From contig JADGQQ010000069.1 in assembly GCA_017881645.1 (NCBI GenBank), positions 1-30,267 of the forward strand: a stretch of DNA of 30,267 nucleotides. The letters run 5' to 3'. Positions 19,887 to 29,157 of the stretch are shown piece after piece. The number at the start of each line of letters is the position of its first letter. The stretch's first letter is position 1. The notes under the pieces are model-generated. The model was not told the DNA's origin and did not search any database. It saw nothing but the letters and a program-made list of their open reading frames with translations. A program made the position numbers and the translations under genes. This DNA is from Clostridia bacterium (GTDB lineage: Bacteria > Bacillota > Clostridia > Saccharofermentanales > Saccharofermentanaceae).

Positions 19887-21224
19887 ATGACAAATCCAGA
19901 AGTCCTGGTTATTGGTGCGGGTCTTGCCGGTTGTGAGGCTGCCTGGCAGCTTGCGAGAGCCGGAATTCCTGTCGTTCTTAAGGAAATGAAGCCAAACGTA
20001 TATACGGATGCTCATCATCTGCCGACTTATGCAGAACTTGTGTGCAGCAACTCGCTGCGATCCAATCAAATTGAGAATGCCGTAGGTCTTCTCAAGGAAG
20101 AACTCAGACGTCTCGGATCACTCATTTTGTCCTGTGCGGATGAGACGAGCGTACCGGCCGGCGGCGCTCTGGCGGTCGACCGTGAAGAATTTTCACAGCT
20201 GGTTACAAAGAGAATTCGTGAGCATCCGCTGATTCGGGTTGAATCGGAAGAGGTCACACGTCTCCCGCAGGCTGGAACGGTTATTGTTGCAACCGGACCG
20301 CTTACGCAGGGCGAATTGTATGCCGACATTACGAATGTTCTGGGTGAGAAGACCCTGCACTTTTTTGATGCTGCAGCACCGATTGTGATGTCGGATTCGA
20401 TAGACCGATCCATTGCGTTTGCCATGTCGAGATATGGCAAGGGCGGGGATGACTACCTGAACTGTCCGATGAACATGGACGAATATGACGCATTTTGGCA
20501 GGCATTGGTGACCGCCGAATTGGCCGATGTAAAAGATTTTGACAGAGAGACCGTGTTTGAAGGCTGTATGCCGATTGAGACAATGGCAAAGAGAGGCAAA
20601 GACACGATTCGATTCGGACCGTTGAAACCGGTTGGACTTATTGATCCGAGAACAGGAAAAGAACCTTACGCATGTGTTCAGCTTCGTCAGGATGACAGAG
20701 CGGCAAGCATGTATAATATTGTCGGCTTTCAGACGCGGCTGAAGTTTCCGGAACAGAAGAGAGTCTTTCAAATGATTCCAGGACTTGCGGAAGCAGATTT
20801 TTCCCGGCTCGGCGTAATGCACAGAAACACATATCTGGATTCGCCGAGACTTCTGGATTCGACATACGCACTGCGCAAAGATCCGCGTGTTTTTTTCGCC
20901 GGGCAGATGACGGGTGTTGAGGGATACGTTGAGTCGGCAGGTTCAGGATTTGTCAGCGGTCTATATGCTTCGGCAAGAATTCTCGGGAAGGAATTTCCGT
21001 TTTGCTTCTCGGATCATACAATGCTGGGTGCCATGGCAGCCTATATTTCTGATGCTTCGATCCGGACATTCAGTCCTATGAATGCGAATTTTGGACTCAT
21101 TGCACCGCTGGGATATAAAGTGCGCGGGAAAAAAGAAAAATACATGGCTTATGCGCAGAGATCTCTCGAAGAGATTTCTCTGCACTGTAATTCACTGAAA
21201 GATTTTTATACTTTTGATATATAA
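19887..21224 (+). CDS. trmFO: FAD/folate-dependent tRNA (U54)-methyltransferase TrmFO (Gid)
   Basis: VIGAGLAGCEAA, ELVCSNSL, FFDAAAP, FEGCMPIE, GPLKPVGL, GVMHRNTY, AGQMTGVEGY; usual position after topA. Confidence 0.96.
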   Translation: MTNPEVLVIGAGLAGCEAAWQLARAGIPVVLKEMKPNVYTDAHHLPTYAELVCSNSLRSNQIENAVGLLKEELRRLGSLILSCADETSVPAGGALAVDREEFSQLVTKRIREHPLIRVESEEVTRLPQAGTVIVATGPLTQGELYADITNVLGEKTLHFFDAAAPIVMSDSIDRSIAFAMSRYGKGGDDYLNCPMNMDEYDAFWQALVTAELADVKDFDRETVFEGCMPIETMAKRGKDTIRFGPLKPVGLIDPRTGKEPYACVQLRQDDRAASMYNIVGFQTRLKFPEQKRVFQMIPGLAEADFSRLGVMHRNTYLDSPRLLDSTYALRKDPRVFFAGQMTGVEGYVESAGSGFVSGLYASARILGKEFPFCFSDHTMLGAMAAYISDASIRTFSPMNANFGLIAPLGYKVRGKKEKYMAYAQRSLEEISLHCNSLKDFYTFDI

Positions 21225-21275
21225 TAGGATGCGTCTGCTATAAGAAAGTCATTGAAATGAATGCGAGGGGAAATT

Positions 21276-22235
21276 ATGGGGCTTTTTACCAAATATGATC
21301 AGGAAGGACCGGGAGTGTTTTCGGATGATCCTTCACACGGTCCGTTTGTTCGTTTTTTTCAATCCTATGCCAGCCGATTTCTAAAGCTTTGCATGATGAA
21401 CCTGATGTTTGTATTCTTTAATATTCCGGCGATTCTTATTGCCTATGTGGGGTCGATCTATTTTCTCCCGCTTATTAATCCGGTGTTCAATCCGACACAA
21501 TTTCAGGAATATCTGGCTCAATATGGCATTATGTCAGGCAATTCAAATACAACAGGCCAGGGCGCCTCTTACCAGCTGTACTTTCTCCTGATTTTATTGT
21601 CCGTTATGTTTGTTGTCGGCATGCTTCTTGTTTCTGTCGGTCCGGTTCAATCCGGTCTTTGCTTTCTGTACCGCAATTTTGCCCGGGATACGACATCCAT
21701 GATATGGACGGATTTTGTAACTGCCTTTAAGAAGAATTGGAAACAGTCGTTAGCCGCATCGTTGATTTCTCTTGTTTTGACAACTGTAATTTTAATGAAT
21801 ATCGTATTTTACAACAGAATATATCATGGTCAGGCGGCACAGATACTGGCAACGGTTTTTGTAATGGTTTTTGTTTTCTTTATCTGCATCCAGATGTATG
21901 TCTATCCGTTGATTGCCTCCGTGGATCTGAAGCTTCGCAATGTATACCGTAATGCCATTCTGTTTTTTCTCGGACGATTTGTACCTACAATGGGTATTTT
22001 CATTGTCAATATTATTGTTCTTCTGATTATTCCTGTGCTTCTTCTGCTGAGTGTAACTTATTTCGGATTTGCCATAGCTATTTTCTATTATTTGTTTTTT
22101 GCATTTTCTTTTGTTCACTATTTAAATACGTTTTTTGTCTGGCAGCAGATTGACCGGTATATAGCAAAACCTCAGGAAGCTGCAGAGCAATCTTCTGAGG
22201 CTATCGATGCAAAAGAGGAACATACCGAAGAATAG
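21276..22235 (+). CDS. DUF624/YesL-like membrane protein
   Basis: RBS GAGGGG before ATG 21276; EGPGV N-terminal motif, GP..GL..L.RN, F...FKKNWKQS, YVYPL, L..VYRNA pattern; multiple TM segments. Confidence 0.7.
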   Translation: MGLFTKYDQEGPGVFSDDPSHGPFVRFFQSYASRFLKLCMMNLMFVFFNIPAILIAYVGSIYFLPLINPVFNPTQFQEYLAQYGIMSGNSNTTGQGASYQLYFLLILLSVMFVVGMLLVSVGPVQSGLCFLYRNFARDTTSMIWTDFVTAFKKNWKQSLAASLISLVLTTVILMNIVFYNRIYHGQAAQILATVFVMVFVFFICIQMYVYPLIASVDLKLRNVYRNAILFFLGRFVPTMGIFIVNIIVLLIIPVLLLLSVTYFGFAIAIFYYLFFAFSFVHYLNTFFVWQQIDRYIAKPQEAAEQSSEAIDAKEEHTEE

Positions 22236-22263
22236 TCGTACTAAGAATTTTTCGCAGCAACAG

Positions 22264-22297
22264 CAGTGCAGGGGCAAGCGGCTTCTGCACTGTTTTT
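22264..22297 (+). terminator. Intrinsic terminator between DUF624 and convergent dapB
   Basis: CAGTGCAGGGG-(CAAGCGG)-CTTCTGCACTG followed by TTTTT. Confidence 0.75.
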
Positions 22298-23051
22298 ACG
22301 ATATTATATCCTTCATCGAATACAGACCGGCTGGTTTCCCGCAGATAAACCGAGCGGCAGCCACAGCGCCGCGGGCAAAAACATTCCGGGTCTGCGCGCT
22401 GTGCGAGAGCGTAATAACCTCTTCCGGACCTGCAAAAATGACACTGTGATCACCGACGATACTGCCGCCGCGGATCGAATGCAGACCTAATTCGGTTTTG
22501 GCACGCTTTTTCAGAATGCTGTGACGATCGTAAACATACTCCAACGGATCATCTAAAGACACGTTAATGGCATCTGCAATCATCAGGGCTGTTCCGGACG
22601 GAGCATCCAATTTCTGATTATGATGTGCTTCGACAATTTCAATATCAAAATCCGGGTAAAGAACGGCGGCCGCTTTTTGTGCAAGGGATATGAGCAAATT
22701 GACCCCCAGCGACATATTGGCCGAATAGAAGACCGCGGTTTTTTCGGATAAGGAACGAAGTGAGGCCTTATCATTTTCGGATAAACCTGTCGTGCACATC
22801 ACGAGCGGCTTGTGTTTCTCTTCCGCCAGCTTTATTACGCCGGGGAGTGCAAGGACATGCGAAAAATCAAGAATTACGTCGAATTCTTCCTTGCAGTCCA
22901 ATGCCGAGGCGTATACAGGATATGTGGAAGGTGCGGCATTCGAATCTGCGCCGGCAACGATGATGATGCCGTCCTGTTGCGAACAGATTTCAGTTATGAC
23001 TTTACCCATACGGCCGTTACAGCCGTTTAGAAATATTCGTACATCTGTCAT
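22296..23051 (-). CDS. dapB: 4-hydroxy-tetrahydrodipicolinate reductase
   Basis: GCNGRMG, LDFS, CTTG, SANMSLG, EAHHNQKLDAPSGTA, SIRGG, FARGA; AAGGAG RBS favours ATG 23051 (MTDVRIF). Confidence 0.95.
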   Translation of the reverse strand: MTDVRIFLNGCNGRMGKVITEICSQQDGIIIVAGADSNAAPSTYPVYASALDCKEEFDVILDFSHVLALPGVIKLAEEKHKPLVMCTTGLSENDKASLRSLSEKTAVFYSANMSLGVNLLISLAQKAAAVLYPDFDIEIVEAHHNQKLDAPSGTALMIADAINVSLDDPLEYVYDRHSILKKRAKTELGLHSIRGGSIVGDHSVIFAGPEEVITLSHSAQTRNVFARGAVAAARFICGKPAGLYSMKDIIS

Positions 23052-23068
23052 GAGGTACTCCTTATCGT

Positions 23069-23968
23069 TCATGAATGCAGCTTGCCGTATTCTGGAAGAT
23101 CGTACTGCGTCATGACAGCGGCAAGCTTGTCATGTCCTTCCGGCGACATTTCACATAGCGGCATACGGCAGTCACCGACATTCCAGCCCAGAATGTTAAG
23201 GGCTTCTTTTGTCGGGATGGGATTCACATCTGAAAAAAGCGCGTTGATTAACGGGAGAAGTTCCAGCTGAATACGAAGGGATTCCTTAACGTCACCCTTC
23301 AGGTATGCATGCACCATTTGGCTCATCTGCGCCGGCATAAGGTTTGCGGCCACGGAAATAACTCCCTTTGCGCCCAGCGACAGGAGCGGAACGACTAGGC
23401 CGTCTTCTCCGGAATAGATAATGAGATCATCCCCGCAGAGACGTGCAACATCAGGAGTCTGCATGATATTGCACTCTTTCACTCCGATGATATTGGGAAT
23501 CTCTGATAGACGCTTCAGCGTGTGCGGCATGATATTCAAATTGGTTCTTGACGGTACATTGTATAGAATGATCGGAAGCGATGTGGCTTCGGCGATCATT
23601 TTGAAGTGCCTGAAGATGCCTTCCTGTGAGGTCTTGTTGTAGTAAGGGGTTACGCTCAGCAACCCGTCCGGTCCGAGGGCCGAAGCGTTCTTACAGAGTT
23701 CCACGGCATGTGCCGTATCATTGCTTCCGATTCCAGCGATGACAGGGATTCTTCCTGCAACTTCTCCGACAACAAAACGAATCACATTCAGATGCTCAGT
23801 ATCGGGCATCGTTGAAGCTTCGCCTGTTGTTCCGCAGACTACGATGGCATCCGTCTTGTTTGCAAGATGGAAGTTAACAAGCTCGGCAAGTTTTTTGTAG
23901 TCAACGCCCTCCTTAGAAAAAGGTGTGACAATTGCTACGGCTGAGCCTAAAAAAACTGGCCTCTTCAT
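23069..23968 (-). CDS. dapA: 4-hydroxy-tetrahydrodipicolinate synthase
   Basis: GTTGEA, GIGSNDT, TPYYNK, LYNVPSRT, Schiff-base GVKE, YSGED, NPIP; GGAGGT RBS. Confidence 0.96.
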   Translation of the reverse strand: MKRPVFLGSAVAIVTPFSKEGVDYKKLAELVNFHLANKTDAIVVCGTTGEASTMPDTEHLNVIRFVVGEVAGRIPVIAGIGSNDTAHAVELCKNASALGPDGLLSVTPYYNKTSQEGIFRHFKMIAEATSLPIILYNVPSRTNLNIMPHTLKRLSEIPNIIGVKECNIMQTPDVARLCGDDLIIYSGEDGLVVPLLSLGAKGVISVAANLMPAQMSQMVHAYLKGDVKESLRIQLELLPLINALFSDVNPIPTKEALNILGWNVGDCRMPLCEMSPEGHDKLAAVMTQYDLPEYGKLHS

Positions 23969-24035
23969 GATATTACCTCCCTGATGATTCGCTTTCCGGC
24001 ATGCGCTTTTCGCGCGCGCGGCGAACTATGAAGAA

Positions 24036-24065
24036 ATCATAGCATTTTGTATACACAGGCGTCAA
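24036..24065 (-). promoter_or_regulatory. sigmaA-type promoter for dapA-dapB
   Basis: Minus strand TTGACG, 18 nt, (TGc)TATGAT. Confidence 0.65.
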
Positions 24066-24079
24066 TTATATACTATAAT
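24047..24079 (+). promoter_or_regulatory. Promoter for queA-tgt overlapping the dapA promoter
   Basis: TTGTAT (24047-24052), 16 nt, TATACT (24069-24074); a perfect TATAAT also lies at 24074-24079. Confidence 0.5.
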
Positions 24080-24087
24080 GGCAACTT

Positions 24088-25146
24088 ATGAGAACAAGCG
24101 ATTTTTATTATGATTTGCCTGAAGAATTGATTGCGCAGCACCCTCCGCAGGTGAGGGGCGATTCCCGTCTAATGTCTGTTGATGGCGACACGGGGTTCAT
24201 TCAGCACATGAATTTTCTGGAGCTCCCGTCTCTTCTTCACCCCGGAGACTGCCTGGTGGTCAACAATACGCGGGTAATTCCGGCTCGTCTGCTCGGTGTA
24301 CGGGAAGATACCGGCGCTGCCGTGGAAATCCTTCTTCTGAAGCGACTGAGCAAAGATTCGTGGGAGACGATTGTTCGCCCGGGCAAGAAAGTCCGGAAAG
24401 ATCACGTTGTGGTCTTTATCCCCGGCAAACTTTCCTGCCGCGTGGAAGAAGTGCTGGATACCGGCAACCGGATTGTGCGGTTTTTTTTCACCGGAATTTG
24501 GGAAGAGATTCTTGACGAAGCGGGAACCATGCCTTTACCGCCGTATATTCATGAACAGCTGGAAGACCGCGAACGGTATCAGACGATCTATTCCCGAGAC
24601 CCGGGGTCTGCAGCGGCACCAACGGCGGGACTGCATTTCACGAAGGAACTGCTCGGGGAAATCCGCGCAATGGATGTAACCATCGCTGAACTTACACTTC
24701 ATGTCGGACTTGGGACTTTTCGCCCTGTAAAGAGCGGTGAGATTACGGAACACGTGATGCATTCGGAGTGGTATTCTTTTACACAAGAGGCATCAGAGCA
24801 GGTTCGAATGGCCAAAGCCCGCGGCGGCAGAATCATTGCAGTCGGGACGACAAGCTGCCGGACGTTGGAGTCCGTAGCGGCAAAAGATCCCGAAATGAAC
24901 GCGTCGGAGGGGTGGACGGATATTTTTATATATCCCGGCTACACTTTCAAATGCATAGATGCTTTGATCACGAATTTTCATCTGCCGGAATCAACGCTCA
25001 TCATGCTTGTGTCGGCTTTTGCAGGGAAAGAACACGTGCTCGCGGCCTACAAGGAAGCCATAGAACAGAAATATCGATTTTTCAGCTTTGGAGATGCCAT
25101 GTTTCTCACAAAAATGCAGTCGGCTCAACAGGAGACAGAAGGGTAA
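24088..25146 (+). CDS. queA: S-adenosylmethionine:tRNA ribosyltransferase-isomerase
   Basis: DFYYDLPEELIAQ, VNNTRVIPARL, MPLPPYI, YQTIY, SAAAPTAGLHF, LHVGLGTF, VGTTS, TNFHLPES, YRFFSFGDAM. Confidence 0.97.
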   Translation: MRTSDFYYDLPEELIAQHPPQVRGDSRLMSVDGDTGFIQHMNFLELPSLLHPGDCLVVNNTRVIPARLLGVREDTGAAVEILLLKRLSKDSWETIVRPGKKVRKDHVVVFIPGKLSCRVEEVLDTGNRIVRFFFTGIWEEILDEAGTMPLPPYIHEQLEDRERYQTIYSRDPGSAAAPTAGLHFTKELLGEIRAMDVTIAELTLHVGLGTFRPVKSGEITEHVMHSEWYSFTQEASEQVRMAKARGGRIIAVGTTSCRTLESVAAKDPEMNASEGWTDIFIYPGYTFKCIDALITNFHLPESTLIMLVSAFAGKEHVLAAYKEAIEQKYRFFSFGDAMFLTKMQSAQQETEG

Positions 25147-26295
<1,149 letters not shown>

Positions 26296-26382
26296 TGGCA
26301 GAAACGTGCGAAAATCCTGCGACCATAGATATTTTTTGCGCGGTCAAATTTGAACGTATGTGTTATATACCGCACAATTAAC

Positions 26383-26412
26383 TTGCATTATCCGTGAATC
26401 CAATGATAAAAT
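26383..26412 (+). promoter_or_regulatory. Probable promoter for yajC-scfA(-scfB)
   Basis: TTGCAT (26383-26388), 18 nt, (TGa)TAAAAT (26407-26412). Confidence 0.5.
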
Positions 26413-26467
26413 AAGACACACGAATTTGAATATGGATAAGCTGCAATGCAGCTATATGGAGGTTTCA

Positions 26468-26812
26468 ATGCTTTTAACCAATCTTTTCCTTGCCGCTACT
26501 ACGAAAGCTGCCGGCTCATCTACTGGTATATTTGGTCTTGATACGGGCAGTCTTATGATGGTTGTTCTGCTTGTCGGCGTTTTCGGTCTTATGTATGTTT
26601 TCACCATTCGTCCGCAGCGCAAGCGTGACAAGGAACTGAAAAGTCAGGTGTCGAAGATGGCCGTCGGCGATACGGTTGTTACTATCGGCGGACTCTTCGG
26701 AACGGTTGCCAATATTCAGGATGACAATGTGACTCTGACGACGAGCATTGCGCATACCATGGTGACATATAAGAAGTCTTCGATCAGCACGATTATCCCG
26801 CGCCAGATATAA
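26468..26812 (+). CDS. yajC: Preprotein translocase subunit YajC
   Basis: GGAGG RBS before ATG 26468 (track start 26360 is too long); one TM, IRPQRKR, GDTVVTIGGLFG; follows tgt. Confidence 0.9.
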   Translation: MLLTNLFLAATTKAAGSSTGIFGLDTGSLMMVVLLVGVFGLMYVFTIRPQRKRDKELKSQVSKMAVGDTVVTIGGLFGTVANIQDDNVTLTTSIAHTMVTYKKSSISTIIPRQI

Positions 26813-26839
26813 GAAGTATATTTTCGAAGGAGAACGAAC

Positions 26840-26983
26840 ATGAAACACATTAAGACCATTCAGACCGCCTGCGTGAAGACGCCTGCATCCGGGAAAGCCT
26901 GCGGAGAATGTCAGACATCCTGTCAGTCCGCCTGCAAGACCAGCTGTACGGTTGCCAACCAGAAATGTGAGTCAGACCGCTGA
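26840..26983 (+). CDS. scfA: SCIFF (six-cysteine-in-45) ranthipeptide precursor, 47 aa, with 7 Cys; missing from the ORF track
   Basis: Hand translation MKHIKTIQTACVKTPASGKACGECQTSCQSACKTSCTVANQKCESDR*; RBS GAAGGAG; MKHIK leader start and CGECQTSCQSACKTSC core are diagnostic; adjacent to a SPASM radical SAM gene. Confidence 0.96.
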   Translation: MKHIKTIQTACVKTPASGKACGECQTSCQSACKTSCTVANQKCESDR

Positions 26984-27028
26984 GCGGAATGCACGCAGGA
27001 TTTTGAAGAATATACTCGTTTTCAGCAG

Positions 27029-27067
27029 ATAGTGGAGATAGTAACAGCTGTCTTCACTATTTTTTTT
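27029..27067 (+). terminator. Intrinsic terminator between scfA and scfB
   Basis: 13-bp stem ATAGTGGAGATAG/CTGTCTTCACTAT (2 G:U), loop TAACAG, then a T run. Confidence 0.8.
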
Positions 27068-27129
27068 GTTCGGACGGGAGACATAAACAGATCGACTTTG
27101 CACTTCGCAAAGCAAACAGGAGGCATATT

Positions 27130-28575
27130 TTGGTTCATGCATTTGAAATGAAAAACCGGTTCATCGCATATGATTCGGAATCGTGTGCGCTTCATGAACT
27201 CGATGAAATGGCGTACGGTGTTCTTTGCAAGTTCATTGCTGCGGACGGACAGACGCCGGATATAAGTGTCTTTGAGGAGCTCGCATCCGCGAAAAACTAT
27301 GATTTGCAGGATCTGCTGGAATGCAGGGATGATTTCTCGGTCCTGATCGCGCAGGGGGGTCTTTTTACACCGGGCAGGGATGTCGGTATCGAAGCTCTTT
27401 ATCCGGAAGCGCCGGTAATCAAAGCCATGTGCCTTCATATCTGTCATGACTGCAATCTGCGCTGCACCTACTGTTTTGCAGGAACAGGCGATTTCGGTAC
27501 CGGAAAAAGGTCCATGCTCGATGTAGAGACGGGGAAACGGGCCATTGATTTCCTGATTGCCTCATCGAGAGGAAGACATCATCTGGATGTTGATTTTTTC
27601 GGCGGTGAACCGCTGATGAACTGGCCGGTCGTGGTTGCTTTAACGGAGTATTGCGAAGAAATGAGCAAAAAGACCGGGAAAGAAATTCGGCTGACGATTA
27701 CAACGAACGCACTGCTTTTGGATGCCGAAAAATCGGCATTCATCAACCAGCACATGAAAAACTGTGTGCTCAGTCTGGACGGACGGCCTGAAGTGCATGA
27801 CCGGATGCGTCCGGGCATCGGCGGGAAAGGTTCCTATGAAGCCGTATCCGGACGCATCAGGGCTTTTCTGGATGTCCGGAATTCTGATGAGTCGCTGTAT
27901 CACGAGCATTACGTTCGGGGCACGTATACCAGGAACAATCTTGACTTTTCGAAAGACGTTATTCATATGGCAGAAGTATTGGGCGCCCGGCATATTTCGG
28001 TTGAACCGGTCGTCGCGGAAGACGGTGCAGGGTATGAGATCCGCATGGAAGATCTCCCGCAGATCGAAAAGGAATATGAGGACCTTGCGGAATATATTCT
28101 TATGACCCGGAAAACCAATGATCCGGTGCAGTTTTTCCATTTCATTATGGATATGCAGGGAGGACCTTGCGTTTATAAGAGGCTAAAAGGCTGCGGCGTC
28201 GGCGCCGAATACTGCGCCGTGACACCGGACGGAGATATCTATCCGTGTCACCAGTTCGCCGGTGACGCATCTTTCCGGATGGGGAATGTCCGTGATTTGG
28301 ACGATCTTCTGGATGAATCCGGGAATCTTCTGCCGGGCAAAAAGGCGGAAGATATATTGAATCCGGAAGTGCACGACAAATTCATCGAACGCCTGATGCC
28401 CAAAAAAGAAGCATGCAAAACGTGTTTCGCCCGCTACAACTGCGGAGGCGGCTGCGCTGCCAACAGCCTGCATGCCACAGGTTCTCTGGACGGCATGTAT
28501 GAAGTCAGCTGCAGGCTTGCAAAAAAGCGTCTCGAATGTTCACTTTGGCTGGCAGTCGCAGGGCAGGACGCATAA
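27130..28575 (+). CDS. scfB: SCIFF radical SAM/SPASM maturase (CteB-like, thioether cross-link forming)
   Basis: GGAGG + TTG start; N-terminal RRE-like region, CNLRCTYC, DFFGGEPL, TTN, SLDG; SPASM GCG..YCAVTPDGDIYPCHQF and CKTC.....CGGGC..C. Confidence 0.94.
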   Translation: MVHAFEMKNRFIAYDSESCALHELDEMAYGVLCKFIAADGQTPDISVFEELASAKNYDLQDLLECRDDFSVLIAQGGLFTPGRDVGIEALYPEAPVIKAMCLHICHDCNLRCTYCFAGTGDFGTGKRSMLDVETGKRAIDFLIASSRGRHHLDVDFFGGEPLMNWPVVVALTEYCEEMSKKTGKEIRLTITTNALLLDAEKSAFINQHMKNCVLSLDGRPEVHDRMRPGIGGKGSYEAVSGRIRAFLDVRNSDESLYHEHYVRGTYTRNNLDFSKDVIHMAEVLGARHISVEPVVAEDGAGYEIRMEDLPQIEKEYEDLAEYILMTRKTNDPVQFFHFIMDMQGGPCVYKRLKGCGVGAEYCAVTPDGDIYPCHQFAGDASFRMGNVRDLDDLLDESGNLLPGKKAEDILNPEVHDKFIERLMPKKEACKTCFARYNCGGGCAANSLHATGSLDGMYEVSCRLAKKRLECSLWLAVAGQDA

Positions 28576-28626
28576 GTTATGTTACAATGATTTTGTAGAT
28601 TTTATTGAACGCTGCGGAGGTGCCGT

Positions 28627-29157
28627 ATGCTCTATTCATATAAGGGAATCTGGCCGGATATGGAGGACGGCGCTTATACCGCGCCGACCGCGAGTATCAT
28701 CGGCGAGGTTATGCTGGCTGCAGGCAGCAGCTGCTGGTTCGGGTCAGTTCTTCGCGGTGATGAAGCGAAAATTACGGTCGGACGATATTCCAATATTCAG
28801 GACAATTGCGTTCTCCACTGTGATCGGGGTATTCCTGTCGTAATCGGTGAATATGTCACTGTTGGACACGGTGTCATTCTTCACAGCTGCGAGATTGGGG
28901 ATCATGCCATGATCGGTATGGGAGCGACTGTGCTGAGCCGTGCAAAAATCGGTGAAGGTGCAGTTGTTGCTGCGGGCGCAGTTGTCAGAGAGGGCGAAAT
29001 AGTCCCTCCGTACACTCTTTATGCAGGGATTCCTGCGACCTTTAGGAAGGAACTCGATCCCTCATCCAAAGAACAGAGAATTGATAATGCAATGGAATAT
29101 ATCAAGCTAATGAAGGATTATGTGCATATGGAGGGTAAGGAATGGCAACAGAACTGA
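28627..29157 (+). CDS. Gamma carbonic anhydrase family (YrdA/PaaY-like) left-handed beta-helix protein
   Basis: VLRGD, SNIQDNCVLH, VTVGHGVILH (three Zn His), hexapeptide repeats; GGAGG RBS; extended -10 TGtTACAAT at 28580-28588. Confidence 0.9.
   Translation: MLYSYKGIWPDMEDGAYTAPTASIIGEVMLAAGSSCWFGSVLRGDEAKITVGRYSNIQDNCVLHCDRGIPVVIGEYVTVGHGVILHSCEIGDHAMIGMGATVLSRAKIGEGAVVAAGAVVREGEIVPPYTLYAGIPATFRKELDPSSKEQRIDNAMEYIKLMKDYVHMEGKEWQQN

Noticed and set aside
14699-21224. comM-dprA-topA-trmFO as a novel DNA-uptake system
   Set aside because: Well-known conserved gene order in Bacillota; proteins look canonical.
23479-23487. TCACTCCGA matches the tRNA-Pro 3' end (possible attR)
   Set aside because: Only 9 bp, inside the dapA coding sequence, no integrase; expected by chance.
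23969-24087. Lysine or preQ1 riboswitch between dapA and queA
   Set aside because: Too short for the lysine aptamer; no preQ1 consensus or A-rich tail, and essentially no queA leader.
26296-26310. TGGCAG..TGC sigma54-like promoter after tgt
   Set aside because: GG-to-GC spacing is 9 nt rather than the required 10.
26360-26467. 36-aa N-terminal extension of YajC in the ORF track
   Set aside because: It spans the predicted promoter; GGAGG precedes ATG 26468.
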